From positions 14,363 through 78,362 of the forward strand of contig JBFFIE010000004.1 of NCBI GenBank assembly GCA_041556555.1: DNA of 64,000 nucleotides, given 5' to 3'. Shown here piece after piece: positions 1-8,937 of the stretch (positions within the stretch are counted from its first letter, which is position 1; each line of letters begins with the position of its first letter). The notes beneath the pieces are model-generated. The model ran no database searches, was not told where the DNA came from, and worked only from the letters and a program-made list of their open reading frames with translations. This stretch comes from Gammaproteobacteria bacterium (GTDB lineage: Bacteria; Pseudomonadota; Gammaproteobacteria; Eutrophobiales; Eutrophobiaceae). A program made the translations under genes and the position numbers.

Positions 1-296
1 CAATCCCCTGACGGACAGTAATGGCCTTCTTGGCCTCGTTAATATTTTCTGTAACCTCACCCTTTTCGAGGCATTTAATATCTATACCACGTTTTGACAT
101 TTTCGTGGTTAGAATGTCTTCAATTTGTTTTATCTGGAATTCGGCAGGTGCCACCAAGGTGATGATGTTTTCCTTCAGTTCCACCCTTGAATTCGTACCC
201 TTGAAATCAAATCGGTTGGTAATTTCCCGGTTGGCCTGGTCAATTGAATTACTGAGTTCATGCATATCGATCTCGGATACGATGTCGAATGAGGGC
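1..296 (-). CDS. yajQ: UPF0234 nucleotide-binding protein YajQ (N-terminal part; gene runs off window start)
   Basis: Reverse-strand translation from ATG at 296 gives MPSFDIVSEIDMHELSNSIDQANREITNRFDFKG..., characteristic YajQ N-terminus; ORF continues past position 1. Confidence 0.75.
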
Positions 297-317
297 ATTT
301 CAGACTCCTGTAGGCTA

Positions 318-659
318 CTAATGTGAATGTGAAGTTTTGTCTATGATGATTTTACCGTCAGGCTGTTCTACTTCAACGTACTGTAAATCAAGCCCATGTA
401 ATACCATGTAGCCATTATAACGATCCAGTCCGTCGCAGCTGGTTTCAAATCGGTAGCGCCTGATTAGCATGAAATCACGGTTTGCTGTCATGCCAAGTCG
501 AATTCCTGACAGGGAGACTGTCTGATCAAGCAATTGCATATCAAGATCTCTGCATACGGACTTGCATTGCCTGATGGCATACTCACGACCTTTCAGGCTG
601 ATTTGCCAGTACCAGACAGCCAGGGCCAGCAGCAACAGGACAGGTATGGCTTTCATCAT
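318..659 (-). CDS. DUF3301-like small membrane-anchored protein
   Basis: 113 aa ORF, N-terminal hydrophobic helix MKAIPVLLLLALAVWYWQ followed by charged region, typical of DUF3301 family. Confidence 0.5.
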   Translation of the reverse strand: MMKAIPVLLLLALAVWYWQISLKGREYAIRQCKSVCRDLDMQLLDQTVSLSGIRLGMTANRDFMLIRRYRFETSCDGLDRYNGYMVLHGLDLQYVEVEQPDGKIIIDKTSHSH

Positions 660-667
660 GTATTGAC

Positions 668-1723
668 TTAATGGGTTGCTACGAGATGCTCTTTGAAATG
701 ATTGTTCATGATTTCAAGATGCTTGCCGTCCATGGTTTTGCTGACCATAAGAACCGGCAGGGTCAGTTCTTCCGCCTTGAGCTTGGCTTTCTCGGTACCC
801 ATGACCAGAAGTGCGGTTGCCCAGGCATCCGCTATCATGGCACTCTCATGGAGTACGCTGACCGACTCCAGCAGATGGTCGACCGGATAGCCAGTTTGTG
901 GATCAATGGTATGACTATAACGCTTTCCTTCAAGGTCATAGTAATTCCGGTAATTACCGGAAGTGGCCATGGCCAGATTCTCAAGACCGATGATTCTGTG
1001 GATCGTGCGTTTTGTGTAGTCTGGTCTTTCGACGCCAATTTGCCATTTGTTTCCTGCCTGGTTGCGACCGGAGACCTTAACCTCACCACCAATCTCGACC
1101 AGATGATCAGCCAGTTGGTACTTAGCCAAGAGCAAACTTGATACCCTATCTACCGCGTATCCCTTGGCTATTCCGGATAGATCGATATAGACGGAATCTG
1201 CGGATTTCTTGATGGCCTGCGTTTTCTTGTCCAGGGCAAATCGTTCAAATCCAGTCGTTTCAAGCAATTTATTGATCCTGCTGGCAGGAGGCGGTTTGAT
1301 TGGCCGTTCTGCGGGGCCGAATCCCCAGAGGTTTACCAGAGGTCCCACTGTTACATCGAATGACCCATTGCTTCTTCTGCCGATTCCCCTTGCGGCCTCT
1401 AACACAGAAAATAAATCGTTCGATACCGGAATCCATATATCAGCAGCCGACTGGTTTATTCTGGACAACTCTGAATCATCCATATAGGTCGACATGCTGC
1501 GATTGATCGATTCGAGAATCTTGTCGATATCACCCCTGATTGCTTTTTCCTGCGGTTTATCGTCATAAATAATCTTGACGTTATAACTTGTCCCCATGGT
1601 AAGGCCGGTGAGCGTGAGAAAATCTTTCTCACCTGTTTTTTTTCCGCAAGCAATAATAACAAACGAGAGGCCCAGGATTATCAGGCAGGTATTTACAAAT
1701 AAACGATCCCTGTGTATTGTCAT
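668..1723 (-). CDS. apbE: FAD:protein FMN transferase ApbE (lipoprotein)
   Basis: 351 aa; lipobox near N-terminus (VIIAC), ApbE-family conserved blocks (GIAKGYAVD, TSGNYR, SVLH). Confidence 0.85.
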   Translation of the reverse strand: MTIHRDRLFVNTCLIILGLSFVIIACGKKTGEKDFLTLTGLTMGTSYNVKIIYDDKPQEKAIRGDIDKILESINRSMSTYMDDSELSRINQSAADIWIPVSNDLFSVLEAARGIGRRSNGSFDVTVGPLVNLWGFGPAERPIKPPPASRINKLLETTGFERFALDKKTQAIKKSADSVYIDLSGIAKGYAVDRVSSLLLAKYQLADHLVEIGGEVKVSGRNQAGNKWQIGVERPDYTKRTIHRIIGLENLAMATSGNYRNYYDLEGKRYSHTIDPQTGYPVDHLLESVSVLHESAMIADAWATALLVMGTEKAKLKAEELTLPVLMVSKTMDGKHLEIMNNHFKEHLVATH

Positions 1724-2376
1724 TTTAATGTTGTAACCAGTGAAGGTTTATCAATATAGGGATTACGCCGGCCCTGTAGTTTCTGGATCTTTTCATTGCG
1801 CCTGATCTCCTGCTTGCTGGGCGGGTCTGCCAGATTCCATGTCTTGAGGATTTCAATTGTCTGTTCTGGAACCGGCAGATTGTATGTATTATGCATATAG
1901 AATATTGCACGGGCTATATTGCCCCTGGCAACCGGCCTGGGTTCAACAACACCTTTTTTACGCTCGAGATCACAATTTTCAAAGCGCCAGTACTCTCCCT
2001 CGATAATGCCGTATTCACTGTCATACAAGGCATTGCTTGCGTCAATCCACACAGGATAAAGATTATGCAGATCAGATTCCATGATCCTGAAGTCGGGATT
2101 ATTCTCATAGCATTGTTGACGACTGTGGCAACCGAGTGCCTGGACCATACGATTACTGGTATAAATATGTTCAATCGATACTGTCATTCCGGATATGGTC
2201 AGCGAAGGAATTGATGCAAGTCGTAATCCACAATACAAAGTCCAACCATGACCGTCATAGAGTTCATTCCAGAAAACCTTTAATGCGACTTCATCATAAT
2301 CATAAGGATTAACTGGATCAGCAACTGCAAGCTGCATGATTAATAGAAAAAAGCCTGAACAAAATCGGAATTTCAT
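1720..2376 (-). CDS. endA: Endonuclease I (EndA/Dns family periplasmic DNase)
   Basis: Signal peptide MKFRFCSGFFLLIMQLAVA then endonuclease I family motifs (EHIYTSNRM, NLYPV, ARGNIARAIFYM, RRNPYID); start moved to internal ATG at 2376. Confidence 0.8.
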   Translation of the reverse strand: MKFRFCSGFFLLIMQLAVADPVNPYDYDEVALKVFWNELYDGHGWTLYCGLRLASIPSLTISGMTVSIEHIYTSNRMVQALGCHSRQQCYENNPDFRIMESDLHNLYPVWIDASNALYDSEYGIIEGEYWRFENCDLERKKGVVEPRPVARGNIARAIFYMHNTYNLPVPEQTIEILKTWNLADPPSKQEIRRNEKIQKLQGRRNPYIDKPSLVTTLK

Positions 2377-2403
2377 GAAAACTATTATGAATTCTTGGTC
2401 ATC

Positions 2404-2456
2404 CGGTTGGCGGAGAGGGAGGCCGTTCACGTCCATCCATGGACTTCACGGCACCT
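2404..2456 (-). pseudogene. tRNA-Ser-derived fragment (acceptor 3-prime end + D-arm-like + acceptor 5-prime piece, lacking anticodon/T arms)
   Basis: TGGCGGAGAGGGAGG (identical to 3-prime end of adjacent tRNA-Ser) followed by CCGTTC...CGGCACCT resembling the tRNA 5-prime half; a plus-strand GGTTCGAATC T-loop-like piece lies at 2493-2502. Confidence 0.45.
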
Positions 2457-2554
2457 GCACTTCAATGTGCTACGGGATTCTTGCACACTCTCCTCGGGTT
2501 CGAATCTAATCAAAAAATATACCAATGATAATGTGTACATCTCCATCGGTATTT

Positions 2555-2644
<90 letters not shown>

Positions 2645-2769
2645 TTATATGAGTACTATTCGGGGTCTGTATTATAATCATTTCACAGAGAATTATCAGT
2701 GTAGCAGAAGGGAACAATACACAAGAACACAATAAGTGCTTTGTTTAGCTGTTTGGTATTGCCTGATAT

Positions 2770-4029
2770 TCAGGCGATGATTTTTGTCTCGGCAGTATGA
2801 TCCTTCAGCAGGGCATCAGCCAGGTCCTTGGCCTGTTGAAGTTCCTCAGTTTTCAGTTTCAATGCCAATTTGTTGAGAAAGGAAATGTGTTTATTATTGT
2901 TGTCTTTTGCAGCAAGTGATAACCAGGCACAGGCCCTGATCAGATCAAGCCGGCTGCGATTCCCGTTTCTACCTGCATAATTCAAACCAAGTATAAACTG
3001 TGATTTGCTGTGTCCCTGATTTGCCGCCTGGGTATACCAGTAGTGGGCAGCTACCGGGTCGCGATTAACACCCTTACCCCTGTCATATAACCTGCCCAGA
3101 CGATACTGTGCCCTGGGATAGCCAAGGTTGGCGGCCAGGCGGAAAAATTTTGCTGACTCTTTCTCATCCTTCGGCAGACCCAGTCCTTCGCCAGTCAGAT
3201 AACCTAGCTGGTAATAGGCCTTGGCATAATTCTGATTGGCCGAACGGCGTAACCACATAATGGCCTTTTCATAATCCTGATCTATTCCCAGCCCGTAGAT
3301 ATAGTCAAGGGCAAGATTGAACTGGGCCCTGGCATATCCCTTGTTCGCTGCTTCAAGTAACCATTTATACGCAGTTTCATCATTTTGCGGTACACCGTAA
3401 CCGCTGGCATATAACATGGCCAGGTTATACTGCGCTTTTACATAGCCCTGTTCTGCGGCCAGTTGATAGAGTCTCGCGCCTTCTGATTCATTTTTTTCTG
3501 TGCCTATCCCCTGGAGATACATGATTGCGGCGTTGAGCTGGGCCTTGGTATGGCCCTGTTCAGCTGCAAGTCGGTACCAGCGCAGGGCTTCCTTCTGGTT
3601 TTGCACTACGCCAGATCCGTTGGCATACATATAGCCCAGGTTATAGCGTGCACCTGCATGGCCAAGAGTGGCGGCACGTAAATACCATTTGCTTGCCTGC
3701 TGCATATCTTTTTCAAGCCCCAGTCCCTGCTGGTAACACCAGGCAAGACTGGCCTGGGCCCCGGCATCATCTTGGTTGGCGGCACGGCTGAGCCAGTAGA
3801 CAGCATTGAGATAATCCCGGCAGACCCCCCGGCCAGTTGCATACATTTTGCCCAGTCGCCTTTGTGCCTTGGCTGAGCCAAGTTCGGCCGCTTTCCGGTA
3901 CCAGTACACTGCATTCGCGGGGTCTTGCATGACACCAAAGCCATGGTCGTACAGCTCTGCGAGCTGGACCTGGGCATCAAGGTTTCCAGCAGTAGCCTCA
4001 GCGGCAATAGTGTCAATATCTATGGGCAT
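2770..4029 (-). CDS. Sel1-repeat (SLR/TPR-like) protein
   Basis: 419 aa composed of ~10 tandem 36-aa Sel1 repeats (A.AQ..LG..Y..G.GV..D...A..WY..AA.QG). Confidence 0.85.
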   Translation of the reverse strand: MPIDIDTIAAEATAGNLDAQVQLAELYDHGFGVMQDPANAVYWYRKAAELGSAKAQRRLGKMYATGRGVCRDYLNAVYWLSRAANQDDAGAQASLAWCYQQGLGLEKDMQQASKWYLRAATLGHAGARYNLGYMYANGSGVVQNQKEALRWYRLAAEQGHTKAQLNAAIMYLQGIGTEKNESEGARLYQLAAEQGYVKAQYNLAMLYASGYGVPQNDETAYKWLLEAANKGYARAQFNLALDYIYGLGIDQDYEKAIMWLRRSANQNYAKAYYQLGYLTGEGLGLPKDEKESAKFFRLAANLGYPRAQYRLGRLYDRGKGVNRDPVAAHYWYTQAANQGHSKSQFILGLNYAGRNGNRSRLDLIRACAWLSLAAKDNNNKHISFLNKLALKLKTEELQQAKDLADALLKDHTAETKIIA

Positions 4030-4102
4030 GAAAATGCTTACGAAAATTGTGATTTATCACATCTTATTCAATCAATCTGCAGAGTACCAGAGTGCTGTTA
4101 CA

Positions 4103-5107
4103 ATGGCTGCCATGCCGGAAAATACAGAATTACAGTGTTATCTTAATCTTGATCCTCAGAAAATTCTGGAGGCTATTGAAAGTAAAGGATTTAATTGCGA
4201 TGGCAGGATCTTTGCCCTGAACAGTTACGAGAACCGGGTTTACCAGGTGGGTATCGAAGGGGCAGACCCCGTGGTTGCCAAATTTTACCGGCCAGGCAGG
4301 TGGAGTGATGAGCAAATCCTGGAAGAGCATCGCTTTACCGGCGAATTATCTGAACATGAAATTCCCGTAATAACACCGCTTGTGCAGGAAAATGCGACCT
4401 TATTCAGCCATGATCACTTCCGCTTCGCGCTCTATCCACGCCAGGGTGGCCGTCCACCCGAACTGGATTCTCCCGATCATTTGACCCAGCTCGGTCGCTA
4501 TATCGGTCGAATTCACAGTGTTGGTCAATCGGGTTCATTTGCTTACCGGCCGGATATCAGTATCAATGAATTTGCTGATGCTTCCAGACAATACTTGCTG
4601 GAAAATGATTTTATACCGCTTGAGTTGAAAGAATCATATAGCACCCTTTGCGATGACATTATCAAACGAATACAGCAATGTTATGAGCGTGCTGGAAATA
4701 TCAGCAACATCCGCCTGCATGGCGACTGTCACGCGGGTAACATTCTCTGGCGTGATGAAACACCTTTTATTCTCGATTTCGATGATGCCAGAACAGGGCC
4801 GGCGATACAGGATCTGTGGATGTTTCTCTCTGGTGACCGGCCTTACATGACGTCAAGGTTGGCTGATCTGCTGGAGGGTTATACTGAATTTTGTGACTTT
4901 GATGCCCGGGAACTTCATCTTCTTGAGGCGTTGCGATCCTTGCGAATGATGTATTTTTCGAGTTGGATTGCACGCCGCTGGGAAGACCCGGCTTTCCCGC
5001 TGGCATTTCCCTATTTCAATACACAACATTACTGGCAGGATCAAATTCTCAGTTTACGTGAACAGGCCGCTTTAATGGATGAAGGGCCGCTGGAGTGGGT
5101 CAGGTAG
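4103..5107 (+). CDS. srkA: Stress response serine/threonine kinase SrkA (YihE/RdoA family)
   Basis: NSYENRVYQVG, HGDCHAGNILW, LDFDDA motifs; ORF-track start 3848 overlaps the divergent Sel1 gene, so start set to internal ATG 4103 (MAAMPENTELQ). Confidence 0.8.
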   Translation: MAAMPENTELQCYLNLDPQKILEAIESKGFNCDGRIFALNSYENRVYQVGIEGADPVVAKFYRPGRWSDEQILEEHRFTGELSEHEIPVITPLVQENATLFSHDHFRFALYPRQGGRPPELDSPDHLTQLGRYIGRIHSVGQSGSFAYRPDISINEFADASRQYLLENDFIPLELKESYSTLCDDIIKRIQQCYERAGNISNIRLHGDCHAGNILWRDETPFILDFDDARTGPAIQDLWMFLSGDRPYMTSRLADLLEGYTEFCDFDARELHLLEALRSLRMMYFSSWIARRWEDPAFPLAFPYFNTQHYWQDQILSLREQAALMDEGPLEWVR

Positions 5108-5125
5108 GTAAGATAAAACCGTCTA

Positions 5126-6361
5126 TCAGTGAGGACCTTTCCAGTATTTTATAAAGTCAATGAGATCCGGGTTCGACATGGGGGCACCACAATAAAAACC
5201 CTGGGCCAGGTCACATCCCATTTGTTCAACCATCATCCAGTTTTTTCGGGTTTCAACGCCTTCTGCAACAATCTTCATATTCAGTTTTTTGGCCAGCTCA
5301 ATACTGGATTCAACAATAAATTTAGCAGTTGAACTTTTATCCGCATCCCTGACAAAAGCCCGGTCAATCTTAAGTTCTGTAAACGGTATTATCTTGAGTT
5401 TCTCCATTGAAGAATGACCAGTGCCGAAATCATCAATTGAAAGTCCAAATTTTTTCATTCTGAGATTCATCATGATTTCCATGCAGCGGATTGCATCCTG
5501 CATGATCTCACTTTCAGTAACTTCAAGAATAATTCGGGATATGTCCACATTAAATTTTTCAGCAGTGGCAATCAGGAAACTGGAAAAATCCGGGGAAGCG
5601 AATGAATTGACTGATATATTAATTGAGGCATCAATATAAATTCCCGCTCTTTGCCATTGACTGATTTGTTTTAATGCTTTTTTATATATAGCAAATGTCA
5701 GGTCATGTATCAGTCCGCATTCCTCGGCAAGGGGAATGAAAGCAGAAGGCAGTAATGTTCCTCTCTCCGGGTGCTGCCATCTTGCAAGAATTTCAATGCC
5801 CTTGATGGTTTGATCGATAATTGAAACCTTGGGCTGGTAATAAAGTAAAAGGGAATTTGGGTGACTATTAATACCTGATTCCAGTTCATTGATTGTTATC
5901 GCTTCGTCATTACTGGAATCTACATCGACATGATAAGGTTGATAGTTTTCCTGTATCTTGTTTACGATCTCGGATATTAATAAATCTTTTGATATGGCCC
6001 CAATTATGTTCAGATTGTGAGCTCTGGCAAGCTCATAAGCTGATTCAAGCAATCTGTCATCTTCGCCACTTAGTATAAGAATTCCTCCGTTATATCCGTT
6101 TTTCGCTATCTCGTTCAGTAATTCGACGCCGTTCATTTCCGGCATGTTCAGATCACAAAGCACGATATCATACTCTTGGGGAGCAGACCTTGATAAGCTG
6201 GCAATAGCTTCGAGACCATTACAGGCTGTGTCAATATTCCTGGCGCCTGATTCCTGCAGGATTTTTTTTGTAAGTTGCAGGATAATGGGATCGTCATCGA
6301 CGACCATGATTTTGAGGTTCCCCATATCCACGGGGACCGGGTTGTTCTCGTTTGCCAACAT
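5126..6361 (-). CDS. Response regulator with REC and EAL (c-di-GMP phosphodiesterase) domains
   Basis: N-terminal REC (VVDDD...DIVLCDLNMP), C-terminal EAL domain with EILARWQHP, DDFGTGHSS, KIDRAFV, AEGVET motifs; alternative start at 6325. Confidence 0.8.
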   Translation of the reverse strand: MLANENNPVPVDMGNLKIMVVDDDPIILQLTKKILQESGARNIDTACNGLEAIASLSRSAPQEYDIVLCDLNMPEMNGVELLNEIAKNGYNGGILILSGEDDRLLESAYELARAHNLNIIGAISKDLLISEIVNKIQENYQPYHVDVDSSNDEAITINELESGINSHPNSLLLYYQPKVSIIDQTIKGIEILARWQHPERGTLLPSAFIPLAEECGLIHDLTFAIYKKALKQISQWQRAGIYIDASINISVNSFASPDFSSFLIATAEKFNVDISRIILEVTESEIMQDAIRCMEIMMNLRMKKFGLSIDDFGTGHSSMEKLKIIPFTELKIDRAFVRDADKSSTAKFIVESSIELAKKLNMKIVAEGVETRKNWMMVEQMGCDLAQGFYCGAPMSNPDLIDFIKYWKGPH

Positions 6362-6614
6362 TTAATAAAAACCTAATAGTCCAGTAATGTCAGACACTGA
6401 CGTTGCAAAAACCCGGTCATCCAAAATGAGTGACAGATTCTGTCTGAATTAAAATTCCATTTTCGGCAAGCTTATGAACGGCAATGATTCATGAATAATA
6501 GTTATTATTTCAGATGCACTTAACTGTGATTACTAGAAATAGTATAGTGATTAAAGATTGATAAAGCTAACTGATTTTTGGGCACTTTCCTTCCGGGATA
6601 AGTGGGACAAGGTG

Positions 6615-7304
6615 TCAGGCAAGGATATGATCAACCTTCAGTTGAACCAGCCTGCTGAGGTATGCGAGCATCTCCAGTTCAATGCCTTGTTCATAGCAAT
6701 TAGGTTCCCGGGATCCCAGGACGATGAGCCCACGCCAGCCCTTTCCTTGTAACGGCAAGATCACTGTAGAACGAATATTATCTGTATCAATATCGAACAG
6801 GGTATTGAGATGCTCTTCCTGAAGACTGTCACACAGGGGCTTGTTTCTGTGAAATAGCTCAGTAAACATAAATCTTATTTTGTCACTAACAGGTTCAATA
6901 TCATAGATATTCAGATCGTGTCCTCCACTTGGCTCTGAAAAGATCACTAAAGATGATATGTCAGCAGAATAATATTGACCCATACCATTTGAGAGTAACG
7001 TTGAAAGTTCCCTTAAATCACTGCAATCATACAAGCCAAGAGAGAAGGAAAGTACATCATCAATAAACAGACTATTTACACTCGTCTGTTTTTCCAGTAT
7101 CTCAATTTTCGTTTCTGTTTCAGAGACCTGATGCCTGAGGCGTTGCACCTGGTATTCAAGTAGAGAACTTACTTCCTGTTCAGGCAGGTGAGGTATGTTG
7201 ATATTGGCGAGTATGTCAGGATTTTCCTGGAAGAAATCAGGATGTGAACGAAGATACTTTATAATTTGTTCAGTTTTATCTCTGGTTTTGTTGACAAGGC
7301 TCAC
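6615..7304 (-). CDS. DUF484 (YigA-like, GAF-fold) protein
   Basis: IIKYLRSHPDFF and IPHLPEQEVSSLLEY motifs match DUF484/YigA N-terminus; 229 aa. Confidence 0.65.
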   Translation of the reverse strand: MSLVNKTRDKTEQIIKYLRSHPDFFQENPDILANINIPHLPEQEVSSLLEYQVQRLRHQVSETETKIEILEKQTSVNSLFIDDVLSFSLGLYDCSDLRELSTLLSNGMGQYYSADISSLVIFSEPSGGHDLNIYDIEPVSDKIRFMFTELFHRNKPLCDSLQEEHLNTLFDIDTDNIRSTVILPLQGKGWRGLIVLGSREPNCYEQGIELEMLAYLSRLVQLKVDHILA

Positions 7305-7930
7305 AATGGATCTCTTTCAGTTTCTACTTTATAAAGTATATCATTATTTTTATAATAGTGTTCAAGAGTTTCCCTGATTGCATCGGTAACTGCACGCGAT
7401 GTAATCGTTGCCCCACTGATTACATCAAATTTTCCCCGTTCTGATTCAAACCGCCAGTATTCAGAAGGAACATCTTTCAAGGACAAGCCGTAGAATTGTG
7501 TGATCCAGTCCGAATTATTCTGATCTATTTCAGCACCCAGTCCTCTGGATTCATTCTGCTTGATTACTCTGGCCGACATAATATGACCATCACGTGATAT
7601 ACTTATGGCAAGCGATACCGGTCCATTATAACCTTTTGTTACGACCGGCATGTACAGAACCCCCATCCCGGTTCCGTCTTTCCTTGCCCGATAAACACGT
7701 GTAATAGAGCCATCCCCTGATAGAGCAGGATTGTTAATTTCTATGTAATCGTCATAAACAGGGTTGTCATATTCTACAGTGAACATGCCATTTGTAGCTT
7801 TTAGAATGTGTTGTTGCTTGTTTTTTTGAATGACATCTTTACTGGCATTATGTAAAGAGATTATCAAGCCAGCGCATATAGTTGTAGTGATTAGCACCGG
7901 AATAAACACTTTTCTTTGTGGGAATGTCAT
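7301..7930 (-). CDS. rnfG: Rnf electron transport complex subunit G (FMN-binding)
   Basis: N-terminal TM helix, FMN-binding S/T-G-A-T motif (DVISGATITSRAV), size 209 aa, position after rnfD. Confidence 0.8.
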   Translation of the reverse strand: MTFPQRKVFIPVLITTTICAGLIISLHNASKDVIQKNKQQHILKATNGMFTVEYDNPVYDDYIEINNPALSGDGSITRVYRARKDGTGMGVLYMPVVTKGYNGPVSLAISISRDGHIMSARVIKQNESRGLGAEIDQNNSDWITQFYGLSLKDVPSEYWRFESERGKFDVISGATITSRAVTDAIRETLEHYYKNNDILYKVETERDPL

Positions 7931-8937
7931 GTTTCCCCCAGTACCCGGGGCCTGGTCATGCGGTCTAGTAAAGGTGCTGAAAAATTCATTATTAATACCG
8001 CAAAGGCAATTCCATCTGGATAATTACCCCAGGTTCTGATGATATAAGCGATAATAGCTGTACCTGCTGCGAATAACAGGCGGCCTGCAGGCGTGGTGGA
8101 TGAGGATACGGGTTCAGTAATAATAAAGAACGCAGCGAGCATGCTTCCACCTGCAAACAGGGTAAAAACAGGAGAAGGATAATGACTGCTGTCGAACCAG
8201 TAAAATACCAGGCTGATTAGAAACATGGTGCCCAGAAAGACGACAGGTACCTGCCATTTAATTATCTTGCGGACTATCAGGAAGATTCCTCCTGCAAACC
8301 ATAGAGTTGTAATCCACTCTGTACTTCTCCCTGCCAGCACTCCAAATACCGGAGATTGACTGATTTCTGAAATCATCTTCATGCCATGCAAGCCGGATTT
8401 TAATGTTGAAAGAACAGTCGCCCCGGTTATTGCGTCCGGGTAATGTGGAAAATTACCGTTGATAATCCTGATGGTATCCAGAAATCCCGGGTAATTGCGC
8501 GGGTCCGGATAAATGGATAATTCCATCGGAAAACACAGGAGAGTGAAGACATAGCCAGCCATGGCAGGGTTAAATATATTTTGTCCAAGACCACCATAGC
8601 AGTGCTTTATGACGATAACACCGAAAGTAATACCGGTCAGATTTGCCCACCAGGGGGCATAAGGTGACAGGCAAATAGCAAACAACAATGCTGTTACGAC
8701 TGTGCTGCCATCAAAAAGAAACGGTTTTACAGGTATGCGCCTGATGAGGAGGACGATGGACTCCAGGGCAGTTGCAAATAAGATGGCCAAAAGACACTGC
8801 AAGATGACGCCCCAACCCATAATCCATGCATAACACAGGATACCAGGCACGAGAGCAACACTGACCTGGAGCATGATCATCCGGACAGAAGTCTTGTCAC
8901 TCACATGGGGTGAGCTGAACCGTGCCGAATCACTCAT
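7927..8937 (-). CDS. rnfD: Rnf electron transport complex subunit D
   Basis: 336 aa polytopic membrane protein, NqrB/RnfD family blocks (GLGQNIFNPAMAGYVF, SGATVLS). Confidence 0.85.
   Translation of the reverse strand: MSDSARFSSPHVSDKTSVRMIMLQVSVALVPGILCYAWIMGWGVILQCLLAILFATALESIVLLIRRIPVKPFLFDGSTVVTALLFAICLSPYAPWWANLTGITFGVIVIKHCYGGLGQNIFNPAMAGYVFTLLCFPMELSIYPDPRNYPGFLDTIRIINGNFPHYPDAITGATVLSTLKSGLHGMKMISEISQSPVFGVLAGRSTEWITTLWFAGGIFLIVRKIIKWQVPVVFLGTMFLISLVFYWFDSSHYPSPVFTLFAGGSMLAAFFIITEPVSSSTTPAGRLLFAAGTAIIAYIIRTWGNYPDGIAFAVLIMNFSAPLLDRMTRPRVLGET

Noticed and set aside
21-326. 101-aa plus-strand ORF at window start
   Set aside because: Antisense to a clear YajQ coding sequence on the minus strand; no recognisable motifs.
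3606-4146. ORFs 3606..4016 (-) and 3925..4146 (+) inside/around the Sel1 gene
   Set aside because: Alternative frames of a repeat-rich real gene; low-complexity translations.
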